A stretch of DNA of 62,862 bases, filler included, from Neolecta irregularis DAH-3 (lineage: Eukaryota): assembly GCA_001929475.1 (NCBI GenBank). It is 11 parts of 11 records of this genome, joined end to end, with 100 filler letters (N's around TTAATTAATTAA, not from the genome) between each part and the next. Parts side by side here need not be neighbours in the genome. Positions count along the whole stretch, not along the records: positions 1 to 3,391 come from LXFE01000651.1; positions 3,492 to 8,196 come from LXFE01000653.1; positions 8,297 to 20,746 come from LXFE01000656.1; 8 more parts are not named here. One strand, given 5' to 3'. Every line of letters begins with the position of its first letter. The first letter of the stretch is position 1. Made by a program: the position numbers and the translations under genes. Under the pieces are notes generated by a model that saw only the letters and a program-made list of their open reading frames with translations, was not told the DNA's origin and did not search any database. Positions 1-13,008 of the stretch are shown here, in pieces.

Positions 1-194
1 ACAATGTATACCCAGCAATTGGAGCGATTGCTCTTTCAGTCAATATGGGCAAAGCTGCTTGTCTATTGTACTCTCCAGACTAACTTTTTCTTACTGGACA
101 GAGATTGCTACTTAGATTATGTGACAATATGTAAACGGTGACAATTAGTTAAAGCTTGATCTTGACCATGGACATCATATTTTTTTGGTCACCT

Positions 195-1198
195 TCATTT
201 TTCCTCAACTAGTGCTAGATACCTAGAAAATGAGCAACATTTATTACCATGAACCTGTACCCCTTGTTTTCAACTACTCCGCGATCCCGCACAACAATAG
301 AATATTTCAGCACCCACTTTGACCAAACAGTCTTTTGATAACCAACTGTTTGAAGAACTTCCTTTAAATGTTCATCTGGGAGAATATCTCATGGATAAGA
401 TTTGATTTAAACAACAAGACATACTGGAGCAGTCATTATGCGTAAGTAGTTTTATCCCTCGTTCTTTTGCAAACAAAATTAAGTTTTTTGGAACAACGCA
501 ACAATCTCGAAGGTTGAGTTGATTTACTGATGGTGGAATCTCCACCTTTGATAAAAAATGGGTTAGTCGAGGGATGCTGAATTCTGAGACGCCAAGGTCC
601 CCGATCGACCCTTCCTTAACAAGGTTTTGTAGAACCTATTTGTCATTAACATGAAAAGAGGAAAGTAGTACTCTCCAAGGTCTTATCCAGCGTGAAATTT
701 CAGCTTCTGAGGGTAGAAGAGACTGGTCGTCATCTGCATCAAACGTTATTCCTGTGAACGAAACAATAACTAATCCGATGCGATTAATCCCTGTTACTTG
801 TCGGAATGCATCAATGGCCTCTTTCACGTGAAGATCAAGTTCTGATTCCGACGATCTAGGTAGGAAGAAGAGTTTTACTGGAGATTATAAGCAGAGTAAT
901 GAGAGACAGCACGCTCATACAAGTGATGTCATAGTTCTCTTCGGGTTCTTTGAGCAAAGTGCTCTGTTTCTGAGGAACCCATATCAAGTTTTTCTGATCT
1001 TTGGTAGTTGACTCGATGTCTTTGACCGTGATATTGTTTGTTAATAAATTGGTTTTCAAAGACGATATCAACTATTGGTCACATTCTGATGTTGACCCGG
1101 ATATATACCTCTTTGTTACTCTTCTCATGTACCCAAATTCCATGAGATTGAAAGAGCATTACATTTCCTGTTTGCAATAGGATCCTCCGAGGTGACAT
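195..1198 (-). CDS. GCLM: glutamate-cysteine ligase regulatory (modifier) subunit, multi-exon
   Basis: Manual splicing gives MSPRRILLQTGN...VKLFFLP...LGVSEFS...PSVNQLNLRDCCVVPKNL...LLTHNDC...WVLKYSIVVRDRGVVENKGY, the motif order of the AKR-like GCL modifier subunit; ATG at 1198, TGA at 195. Confidence 0.85.
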
Positions 1199-1667
1199 GT
1201 TTAGTTGTGGAAAGTAAACCTAAAGCGGCGATCCTCGTTTCCGTTTGGGATACTATCTACCAGTTTCGCAACAACAAAGGTAACTTTTTGTCGAACGAAG
1301 AAGATAGAAATGCAGATGCTTCTGTTATGAGTACCCAATAAAATACCGAACTAGAATACTAGCAAGATTCAAGATCAACATTTACAAGTTTACAAGTTGG
1401 GCGGTGTACTGTTTCTGAGAGCGCACCACAATTGTATCGCCTTTAGTTGGCATATGGAACTTGAAAATTCCGAAAATTTGGCTGTTTATTGTTTACAAGC
1501 ACAGCTCGTGTCGCTTTAATTGGCATAAGGATATTGGCAGTCCCGGTGAACTGTACGAGGATAATTATGTATAATCCAGACATTTATAAATCACAAGATC
1601 CATAACAAACTTCTTTATCAAGAGCTGACAGATCAGTTGTATTTGGTAGACTGTACTATATATAGAT

Positions 1668-3391
<1,724 letters not shown>

Positions 3392-3491
3392 NNNNNNNNN
3401 NNNNNNNNNNNNNNNNNNNNNNNNNNNNNNNNNNNTTAATTAATTAANNNNNNNNNNNNNNNNNNNNNNNNNNNNNNNNNNNNNNNNNNNN
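3392..3491. other. artificial scaffold linker N44-TTAATTAATTAA-N44 (also at 8197-8296, 20747-20846, 23952-24051, 26640-26739, 27775-27874, 46480-46579, 50059-50158, 57462-57561, 61488-61587)
   Basis: Identical 100-nt pattern with stops in all six frames, repeated ten times. Confidence 0.99.
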
Positions 3492-3998
3492 ATCCTCGAA
3501 GACGATATCGACGTTCGATTGGATATCAAACCACGAGTCAAACGTGGATGGTTACAACTTCCCTCAGATTGGCAGTATTATTTTTTAGGAGTATGTTATT
3601 ATAGGTCTGTGGATAAAGATATTCCTCACCTGGATGGAATGAGTCCATTTTCAGTTGATGTTCCTGTTATTAGAAAGCTCGACAGGGGTGCTTGTCTGCA
3701 TGCTTATGGAGTTCGTCGTTCTCTTCTTCCGCAGATTCTAGAGTGGAGTAAACATCCGTCAAATGGGATTGATCTAGATATCTTGAGCAATCCACTTGAG
3801 AAAGGATTGGTTGAAGGATACACGTTGTGGCCTGTGGGGATGATTCAACGACCATTGACCAAAATGCGAAATAGTCTTATTAATGGGTTCGAAGGGTTTA
3901 GAGAGGATGGGTTTTTTTATGCAGATTGGAGACGCAGCGATGTATTTCGTCAGGGCGAAAGCACAGCAGAGAAGGTTGGGGTTGATTATTGGTATTGA
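3492..3998 (+). CDS. glycosyltransferase family 25-like protein, C-terminal part (5'-truncated)
   Basis: Frame open from the scaffold edge: ILEDDID...YYFLGVC...ACLHAYGV, matching the GT25 ILEDD and C-x-HAY motifs. Confidence 0.75.
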   Translation: MLEDDIDVRLDIKPRVKRGWLQLPSDWQYYFLGVCYYRSVDKDIPHLDGMSPFSVDVPVIRKLDRGACLHAYGVRRSLLPQILEWSKHPSNGIDLDILSNPLEKGLVEGYTLWPVGMIQRPLTKMRNSLINGFEGFREDGFFYADWRRSDVFRQGESTAEKVGVDYWY

Positions 3999-4397
3999 GA
4001 ACCACACTGGTTCTTGCGCCGTCTTTGTATAGCTAGATTGCTGTTAAATATAGTTCTGATGGGAAGAATTGTACACTGTCCTTGTCTGTATTAGTACTGC
4101 GTTCCGAATCTAGTGGACCAGACCGACCAAAAATATCCTTTCCCTCAATCCATTTTTGAAATTGACTGGTTGTGGTCGTTTCCTTTGTACAGCGGTTTTA
4201 GGCCCCAAGAACCTTAGTAATATGTTTATCACCGTGATTTGTAATGTCTATCATTGTAATTTATTCCATAGCCTTCTTTGAGTTTTATCATCCATGCTTC
4301 TTCTGTTGTTTCCGCAGTCTCGTAAGAAAATCTTGCAATGGGAAGGTGGTTAGGGAGGAGAGATGGGAGGAGAAGGGCTACATAGAATTATTTAGTA

Positions 4398-4539
4398 TCA
4401 CGTGGAAAAGCCTATTTCGGCCCATGGGCTGATGGGCCGGGCTTCTTTCTTGGCCCGGCCCATGGCCTTAAAAGCCTATGGGCTAAGCCCGCGGGCTTTT
4501 AATGGACCAGGCAAAGCCCATGGCCCATTGCCAACACTG
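4398..4539. mobile_element. terminus of a hAT-like non-autonomous element
   Basis: Ends in ...CCCATGGCCCATTGCCAACACTG, whose reverse complement matches CAGTGTTTGCAATGGGCCATGGGC at 29252; many GGCCC/GGGCC subterminal repeats. Confidence 0.65.
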
Positions 4540-4796
4540 TCTACACCTATGCTCACTCAGTAAACTTATTCTATTCACCAAAACTATGCTATGATCTCAA
4601 ACTACAATCTGTACTTCTCATGAGTAATGGATATCATCTCGTAGAACCCACAAGTGCTTCAGGTGAATCATAAGGTCTATTCATGTCTCAAGGAGAGACT
4701 GAAGTGTTGAGACATTGGCAAATGCAGTTCTTCTGAAAGCGGAATAAAATCCTATTTAAAACCCTCTTCTTGCTCTTTTTTGTTTTACCCTTCAGA

Positions 4797-5362
4797 ATGG
4801 TGTTATTGCGAAATATAACATGCCTCCTTTCTGCAGGAATCGCTGTGGGTTCTTTTCTGCCAGACCCACCGATTGACTGTTCTGTCGAGCACATTTTTCA
4901 TGGAAAGGCATCTCCACGGGGTGGGACTTATTTCGCTCATTACTCCCTCCCCGAGTTTGACCCTTTGACAATGGATGCCAAGTTTGGGACAGATCCAGAA
5001 GGAAAGTGCGAACACTATTGTCGGCTGGAGTCCTGCACATATATGGGGGTTCGTTATTATAACTTCAACCCGAGTTGTTACCTGTAAGTTCAACTGTTTG
5101 CAGATTTCCTGACAATGATAGGTTTACCATAGACCCGACCAAGATTCTCGGCGGTCTTCAAGACGCCGAGATGAAGACCGTCGAGATAAATATGAGCCTG
5201 GATGTCTATAAAGTAAACTATCCAACTGTGGATGAAGATCCACTCTCGGATGATGATGATCCTGATGCATTCGAGAAATTTTTGAACAAGTGTGCTATGT
5301 CGTCGCCCCAGCGAGAAGCTATGTCGTCGTCGCCGCCGCGAAAAAAGCTCCGCTTCGAGTAA
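4797..5362 (+). CDS. secreted PAN/Apple-like protein with acidic patch and C-terminal NLS-like motif; intron 5084-5121
   Basis: Hydrophobic N-terminus; C-EHY-C-RLES-C...SCYLF after removing a GT-AG intron; ends PPRKKLRFE; TATTTAAA upstream at about 4753. Confidence 0.7.
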
Positions 5363-6361
5363 CATACTGGATATCTCTCTAGAATTATGATATATAAACA
5401 TGGACCATTGCCAATGCCAAGTAAGAAGGACCGGAATACTACCGCTATCGATGGTTTGGAGGTATAATGGACTCTTTCCTGGCATAAATATCTGGGCGAG
5501 ACAATGTTGAGTGCCTATATACTGTCATTACCTAGCCCTGCGCTACTCTGTCACTCTCGTATGACTTGCGTGGGCCTACCACGCCGGCTTTCTGGCGGCC
5601 ACCTTTGCGTACACTGTCGCGATCTACAACAGATGACCACTGCCACCACTACCGCTACCCGATCTCCCATTGCCCCTGCACAATCGCTGTTGTGTCCATG
5701 CCGACATGATCGCCCAGCGCGTCCCGCTTGCATACAACCGCGCGGGCAAATCCTCGCTCAGCTGGGCGCCAACCCCCGTGCCAGCACATCCTCCATCAAC
5801 CCCTTTCTCCGAAACCCCGCCCAGCTTGACAAGAAGCCCGCCCACCCGCAGCACTCTGGATCTCAGCTTACAGTGCTCCTCATTGGCTTCATCGCCGGAG
5901 TTGGCTGCGCAGCCCACCAATGCCGCCATCGGGACATTGGTTGCTTCTTGTAGCCTTCCACAATGTTGTGCGTCTCCTGATACCAGCGCATCTAACCTGG
6001 GTGTCTGTACGCGATCGCCGATGGTGGCTGTGGGGTGTCCTTGAGTCCCCACCCTTATCCATAAAGTAGGCCTGCCTGGCTTTGCCGAATAGGCTCCCCT
6101 GGAAACTCAATAGTAGGGTTGGGTTCCTTCAAAGTAGCACATGTCATTCAGTTTTCATCCAGGTCTACTGTAAGGACCAACTATAGCTTTGATGGCGTCC
6201 TAACACATCAAATCCGAGATAGGGAAAGACAAAAGGTTAAGAGTGGAATGTGTATAAAGCCGGTCTGGAATAGTACGCAGAAATAGCAAGTCCTATTGAG
6301 ACACGGCCTGCTCAGCTTAGATCTACACAAATTTACACAACCCGCAGATACAACCATTCAC

Positions 6362-7533
6362 ATGTTGCCCAAACTCTTCTTGCTTTTTCTGTCTTTAGCA
6401 ATGGGACATTTCACAGACATCACAAGTCTATGTCCACACATTAACGTCTACTACATTGGTCCGAGCCAAAGAATTCTTAACACGGGCATAACGGACAAAA
6501 GTGAGGCAATAGATTTCTGTGAAAAGAAATGCCTTGAAGCCAAATATTTTTGCAAAGTGTTCATCGTTTCTAAGTGGGACAAATGAGGCGTTGTCATTTA
6601 GCTGCGAAATGTTTGGGAATCCAATATCACAATTAGCCGTCAAGTCTCATTGGCAATCTCCCCCACTACAGATATTCAAGTAAGTGTTTGTGACTGAAGG
6701 TGATTTTGATCATCTAGGCTTTCTGAATCAGAACAAGTCAAACCCATTGTGGAGAGATTTTCTCATGATCGTCATCCAGAATCCCAGTGGATCAGCCATC
6801 TTGAAAAGGGGTATGGTTTCAGCCTTGATGATAAAAGATCAAAGCACTTCTTTGAGAATGTAATAAAAGGTTGCACACTTGCCATGAAGAGCAAACGACC
6901 AACATACCTCGCTAGAAATATTCATCCAAGAGCAGCTTCTGACCTTGTAACATTTTTTGGCCACGAAATCTTGGAAGGCGTCAAATCACCTTCCGAATCC
7001 TTTGTCAACGTTGTGTTTGCTTTTCTGGATGTAGTCTGCCCGCATATTGGTCTAGACATAAAGACTATTACGATCCCCAAAAAAACCAGCTTTTCATCGA
7101 CGGACCGAATATCCACATACTCGTCATTTCATTCGGGCGTCATGATTATGCGATAGTACGGGATGTGCCTACTAACTCAGCAAAGCCTTTGATGGTTTTT
7201 GTCTCAGATAGCCGGCGAAGAATAGTTCCAGCCAACGACGAAGACCCGCCTTACGAGGACGTTGACTTTGACGACGTAGACTACGACTATGTCGACCATG
7301 ACCTCATGGCACTATTTCAACAAGCAATGAAGCCAACCCTCCAGAATATCGATGTTAAATATCAACTCATCGATTACACTCCCCGCTTGGACATCGATGG
7401 ACAACATATAGCTATACTCGTATTGAACTACATTCTATACGCACTTCTTGAACCTGAAAGGCTTTCAGATCTCTATCCTGCTCAAATGCTCAAACAAATG
7501 GGGTTGAGTTTATATTTTATCGAGACCTGGTAA
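6362..7533 (+). pseudogene. secreted PAN/Apple-like + degenerate Ulp1-like protein with two apparent frameshifts (or sequencing errors)
   Basis: Signal peptide MLPKLFLLFLSLAMG; CEKKCLEAKYFCKVF...SCEMF; frame changes near 6580-6586 and in the A7 run at 7079-7085; one GT-AG intron at about 6680-6717. Confidence 0.55.
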
Positions 7534-7806
7534 CTGCTGTGCTCTCTAACTTTTATGCGCGGGATGGGATAGCTACGTTTAGATCCAACTTGCATTCAAA
7601 GCTTAATGTGAAGCAGTTTAATGACATCTCATTCAATGCACGCAAGTAATAATACTCAAATGTATGTTATCAATGGTCACAGTGGTTTGTTTAGGGTTAA
7701 ATATTTATGCTTGCTCCGAGTTAGTTTTTGCAAGTGGACAATTTTTCAATACAAATATTTCTACAGCTCGTTTCTCCCTGCCGTGGACATGGCCATGGCC
7801 TGTGGA

Positions 7807-8196
7807 CAGTGTTGTGGATGGGCCAAAGCCCAAGGGCTTTTCTGAGGGTCCGGCCCGGCCCATGGGCCAGTCCTATGGGCCGGGACCTAACATGTGACAA
7901 CCATTTGGGGTGGTGGCATTCAGGGCAGAGATGAGCAGGGCAGGAATATGTTAAAAAGCAAGTTTAAATTACCATATTATGTATATAATTCTTTATATTT
8001 ATTTAAATATTGGCAAGAAAGAACTGACAGGTGGGCGGGCAAGGTGGGTCAAATAGGCCAAATGGGTGTGGGAAACGGGAAAGATGGGAGAGCCGGGCAG
8101 GAGAGATGGGAGAGGTGAGAGAGATGGGAGAGCGAGGCAAGTGAGGCGGGCGGGACGGGCGGGACGGGAGAGTCGGGACGGGCGGGACGGGAGGGA
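7807..8196 (+). mobile_element. hAT-like non-autonomous element fragment; dispersed repeat shared with 29580-29750 (inverted)
   Basis: Starts CAGTGTTG, GGCCC repeats, then about 170 bp clearly alignable with the reverse complement of 29580-29750, then purine-rich repeats. Confidence 0.7.
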
Positions 8197-8552
8197 NNNN
8201 NNNNNNNNNNNNNNNNNNNNNNNNNNNNNNNNNNNNNNNNTTAATTAATTAANNNNNNNNNNNNNNNNNNNNNNNNNNNNNNNNNNNNNNNNNNNNGTTG
8301 GTGGTGACTGTGGCGACCCGGGGATTCGCGATCGTATGGGGACGTTCGAAGTCCCCACACCCATTCATCCAAAATGTAGATAGTCAGCCAGTACCTTCTT
8401 TGTAGTCTCTTGGGTGGTATCAAGAAGCGCAGAAGTAGAAACAGATGCATTTACTCTTCTACAAAATGAGAAAAGCCTCAAAGGCAAAAGTGTGTCTTTT
8501 CGTCCGTCAACAAGGCTTTAAGAATCCAGTCTAAAACACATCAGTTAAAGAT

Positions 8553-8891
8553 TTAGATCAGGACAGCATACGTCGATTTTGAGAGAAGAAGTTTGATCTT
8601 CCCTGCGTCCATTTCTTCCAGTTCTTGATATCTCACATGATATTCCCCTGATCTTTTGCCTTCTTCCACAGATCCATATAGCCGACAACATTTGCCCATG
8701 TAAAACCCCACACATTGCGGTAATTCCCTACATATGTAATAGCATCTAGCTTCACTTGCCGCCCGACATTCGTACAGTAGATAAAGCTCGTTAGCACTTT
8801 CAGAATTATGCTTCTCAATAACGCTAAAAAAGTTCCCAGCGGCAATACTTTTGAGAAAGCATGCAGCGTATATGGTACACAAGACCTGCAT
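8553..8891 (-). CDS. small secreted PAN/Apple-like protein (3' end uncertain)
   Basis: Signal-like N-terminus; CYYICRELPQCVGFYMGKCCRLY fits the PAN pattern C-x3-C-x5-C-x2-F...C-x-L. Confidence 0.6.
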   Translation of the reverse strand: MQVLCTIYAACFLKSIAAGNFFSVIEKHNSESANELYLLYECRAASEARCYYICRELPQCVGFYMGKCCRLYGSVEEGKRSGEYHVRYQELEEMDAGKIKLLLSKSTYAVLI

Positions 8892-9228
8892 CTCGAAATA
8901 TGAAGGGGTTAGAATGATTACAGGCAGAAGAAACTTTGTATGTCTCAGGGAATTGACATTTATCGGAGATCACGACATGGAGTTGCGAGACATTAGTTAA
9001 CCTTGATCAACTCCATGTTGAACAGCAATGTTTCCAAGTAGATAAGGAGATCACAAAGCTTGGAGATATGCAGATATCGATTCAGGAACGTTAAAACAAC
9101 TTCCCGTATACTGGGCTGTAGGTCTGAGCCCATAAACCTCCTAGCCTAAACATTACTCAATGAAATCGGTTTCATTCAATTTTTCTGGACGTGAAAGATT
9201 TTGAGACACCCTTCAACAAATGTTTATA

Positions 9229-9404
9229 CTGTTGAAGCTGCTTATAATGAATGTGGCGTTCAAGGGTGTTGAATTTGTTACAACGAGGATTCGTTCTGTC
9301 ATGATATCACGTTTGACCTCATACAAATTGATTTTGGAAGGCGGTTAGGTTCGTTCTAACGAGTAATTCGTTGTATGGAGGTCCCCTATAACCAGGTCCT
9401 ACTG
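9229..9404. mobile_element. degenerate Tc1/pogo-type MITE
   Basis: TA on both flanks; imperfect TIRs CTGTTGAAGCTGCTTATA / TATAACCAGGTCCTACTG; internal TTCGTT/AACGA repeats. Confidence 0.45.
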
Positions 9405-9668
9405 TATGAAGCTGATCATTTTGGGCCCCTTAAAATTAACAGCTTGATCCATATTTATGAATCTTTTTCGAGACGCCAACTTACAGTGTGGGGGAATATA
9501 GACACTTAACGATAGTATCCGTACCTGACAAAATGTAGCATCTCGTGGAAATAATCCGGGTTGGGGTTGATAGTTATGGATTTTACAATGGATTCGTTAT
9601 TCTAACAACTTCAAAAGTGCATACCGATGAAACAAGTCATTCAGAAACTACCAGACAACTTAATACGC

Positions 9669-10859
9669 TTAAATGCCTCTATGTCCACCAAGAACCACAG
9701 TATCGAAATCAATCATCTTCTCCTTCGTGATTCGCCTCAATTCATCTCGAGGTTCCAAAATATCCTCAGAACTTAAAACAAACTAAGCAAAATCAGCATA
9801 TCTTTTTGTTTGGTAGAAATACAGTCCCCCAATGCATGCCAACAGCCTTCTTCGCCTTTATATCTTGGAAAATCTCAACAGCCTCTGCCGGATCAACATG
9901 TACAGGACTCAATAAATATCTTGGTTTGTAAGCACCAATTGGAATCATAGCGAGATCAAATGGCCCCCTGAGCCTTCCGATGTCCTTAAATGCAGGACAC
10001 GAGGGCGTCCTTTGGCCGTTTCGACTGTACGATCGATATGCTGTGTCACCCGCAAACCAAATATTCTTGCCGCCGGATTCGAAAGACCACGAAGCCCAGA
10101 GAGTATGATATCGATCGAAGAGGCCCCGAGCGGTCATGTGCTGGGCTGGAAGACAAGAGATTTGCCCCGTTCTCCCGGAGATTGTGGTGATATCTCTGGA
10201 TTCCCACCAGTCCAGTTCGGTGACGTTCTCGATATTGAGAGATTTCATCCATGATTTGAGACCCAGTGGCACGAAGAAATGGACATTCGGGTGAAGTTTG
10301 AAGAGTCGTCGAATTGTTGATATGTCTAGGTGATCATAGCTTACGTAAGTCTTGTAGCGAAAAGTACATACTGATTATGAGATATTGCAATGATATCCGG
10401 TGTTGGGATATCTTCAAGTTTGCACGGTGGTTGGGTAAATCTCTTTGGACCAATCCATTGCGAAGGTGAACATCTAACGTATCAGCATCTCTGCTAACCA
10501 CATGGAACATGCCGATCCGAAAATACAGGATCAAATAAAAGTCTCACTTCAGTATCCATCTCGACGTAAAAGCAAGCATGTCCAAGCCATGTTGCAGCAC
10601 CTTTCCTGAATCCGGGCGCTTGAGTTCCGATTTGTTTGACGTCATCCTTTGATACAACTGCCATCTTGAATTCTCCTTGCCAGTGAGCTTTAGCGAAAGT
10701 CATTGGACTGGCCAGTCCCACGAATGAACTCCATGGATTTCGGAATATCGCCCCGTTGTGATGAGACTTTGAGTCTTCCGGAACTGCAGGCAAAAGCGCG
10801 GGTGGTGCTACTTTGAGCATTATGGAGAATTCACGAATGCATCGCCGCGCGACCGGCAT
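9669..10859 (-). CDS. NAPE-PLD/Fmp30-like metallo-beta-lactamase-fold hydrolase, multi-exon
   Basis: FRNPW, TWLGHA, LFDPVFS, spliced ISHNHYDHLD, ELDWW, PAQH, FAGDT, IPIGAY, MHWGTF. Confidence 0.92.
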
Positions 10860-11539
10860 CTACTTGGGTGAGAAAAAGGGATTTTTCCAGAGCAAAATGA
10901 ATTTTGTCACAGCTGAAACCAGGCAGTTATGTACATGAAACATGCCAATTCAATTCAAGTTGTAAAGATTTTGTTGTATGGTCTCAATATTGATCAGTGG
11001 ATACTATTCATCCCGTTTTGTAATGCCAATGGACTTTCAACATAAATTCCAGGTTTTCAAGCTGTTTGCTTTCAATTTATACCACAGGGGTGTTCGCATA
11101 ACGACTTTTGAAAAGATTGTGCATTTTATATTCCTTTTGCTTTCTATGTCAGGGGTGTCGGGCGAGACATTTCTCAACGTCACGATTCTGTCATTCCAGT
11201 CACTATCAACTTTCTTTTCATCTTTCAACAATCATATGACCTATTTGGGTAGACATATTCCCCCATTGGTTGTCAAGTCATTAGCTTTCTACCCAGATCT
11301 ACTCCATTAAAGGCTAATCACAGATCACGAGCTATTAGGTAGGCTCGGCCTTCAAGTTCATGAGCGAAGTCCATGCCAACATGTTACATGTACAATGGCC
11401 AATGCTAAAGAAGTGTCTTTGTGAAACAAGAGATCTTTGGAAGATTTTAATAAAATGGCATCCTACGAAGATCCTCTATATGTTGCAGAATAACCATGAG
11501 ATCATGACCTTATCTGATACACAGCGCATCCGAGTCATG

Positions 11540-12541
11540 TCAGGACAGTTGGAAATCCTCAATAGCTAGATCACTCGTCAACTTCAACATCCCGGCCCGA
11601 TTTGTGCACATAATCCCCCTGACCCAACTTGTGATATGTCCACTAGCGTTTCCCCCTCCTAGATCCTCACAGTAATGACATGAGCCCTCTTCTGAACAAT
11701 GCGTATAAAATTCGTCTTTGAGAAAATGTATAATGTCTCCGTCGAAAGACTCCTTAGAGAGGTATGGCGAAAGGAGGGCGTAGACTTCCCCCAGAGTAGG
11801 TTTCTTGCAATATCGGATACCGCTATCCGGAAACTTACAGTCCCTAATACTTGCGAGAATTGATATACATGCTCCTTCAAGTAAGTCCGGGATTGATGAC
11901 CGGATTGAGTCGATCGTCGAGACGAGTTTACCAGGGAGTACAAAGTATACCTTTGATTGGACCTCACTTTTATGACCAAAAGCGAGTTGGTGAATTGAGG
12001 TCTCCCACATTCTGTGATTTGATAGAAGAATGGCGCCATAGGTCATTATCGCAGCATTTCCTTGTATCGGAAGTTGTGTATATAAGTTGATGAAGGCGAG
12101 TTCAAATGTATCTCGTAGAGCTTCTTTGATATCGTACTTGTTCGCAAATAAAACTTGAGAGTAAAGATCTTGAATTGCATCAATTGAAATGTGCTGATAA
12201 TGAATAACCCGTAGGTATCTAATCAACGAATCTTCATCATCGTCTCCGCATAATACGATTCGATACACTGCCTCCTTTTCTTGTGCCTTGTCAAGAATCA
12301 ATTCGTTCAGTGGTTCCTCCTTTGTATCGATTGAGACGCTCTCGCTAAATCCTCCTTCCAACATAGCCGCAAAGACAGGAGACGACAATCGTAATGCAAG
12401 AGAGCTAACATAATATCGACCCTTCGCTGTCTGTAAGACAGTATCTGATTTGATGGCAGTCGCAAAGGCTTTTTCATCTGACTTCATGTCTTGTATAGGT
12501 GGTTGTTTCAGATAACATTTAGGGCTGATTTCAGTTTTCAT
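11540..12541 (-). CDS. BTB/POZ-domain protein
   Basis: SDTVL...YYVSSLALRLSSPVFAAMLEGGFSES...LRVIHY...ANKYD. Confidence 0.75.
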   Translation of the reverse strand: MKTEISPKCYLKQPPIQDMKSDEKAFATAIKSDTVLQTAKGRYYVSSLALRLSSPVFAAMLEGGFSESVSIDTKEEPLNELILDKAQEKEAVYRIVLCGDDDEDSLIRYLRVIHYQHISIDAIQDLYSQVLFANKYDIKEALRDTFELAFINLYTQLPIQGNAAIMTYGAILLSNHRMWETSIHQLAFGHKSEVQSKVYFVLPGKLVSTIDSIRSSIPDLLEGACISILASIRDCKFPDSGIRYCKKPTLGEVYALLSPYLSKESFDGDIIHFLKDEFYTHCSEEGSCHYCEDLGGGNASGHITSWVRGIMCTNRAGMLKLTSDLAIEDFQLS

Positions 12542-13008
12542 ATTGGTCCCTCCTAGTCCTTATCAATAAGTTGATAATCTCCTTTCGATAAACAGGACTA
12601 CCAGAAGCCCCAATATAACTTGACATTGAGAATGAAGTAAATAAAGTTAGACCAGAGGAATCGGTTGCACAGATTTCTCCCGGATAGCCTGAAGGATATA
12701 GACACTTGCTCGGGGAGCGTTTCAAACTTGATTCCTTGAAATCTGCTGATTGAAAATAATGACAAAGTACAGATTGCCATTTTCCTATGATTTGACGATT
12801 ATTGGTATGGGGGTGGATGTACTTTGAATTTTTGAGGATGTTTTCGAGGCAACGAGCTTACCTTTGGTAATCGCTTTGTAGCTTTCTCGGCTCATCACGG
12901 AACTGCCGTATTATAATGGCGTTGAATTGCATTCGACTTGCTCATTCGATCTTGACAAGATGCAATCATGTGATACAGAATATTCGCCCGACGTATCTTT
13001 CCCCAGGT

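Noticed and set aside
1..135. Possible 3' end of a gene at window start
   Set aside because: Too short to assign frame or family
3436..3447. Recurrent palindrome TTAATTAATTAA and ORFs ending XXXLIN
   Set aside because: Artificial linker; adjacency across linkers has no biological meaning
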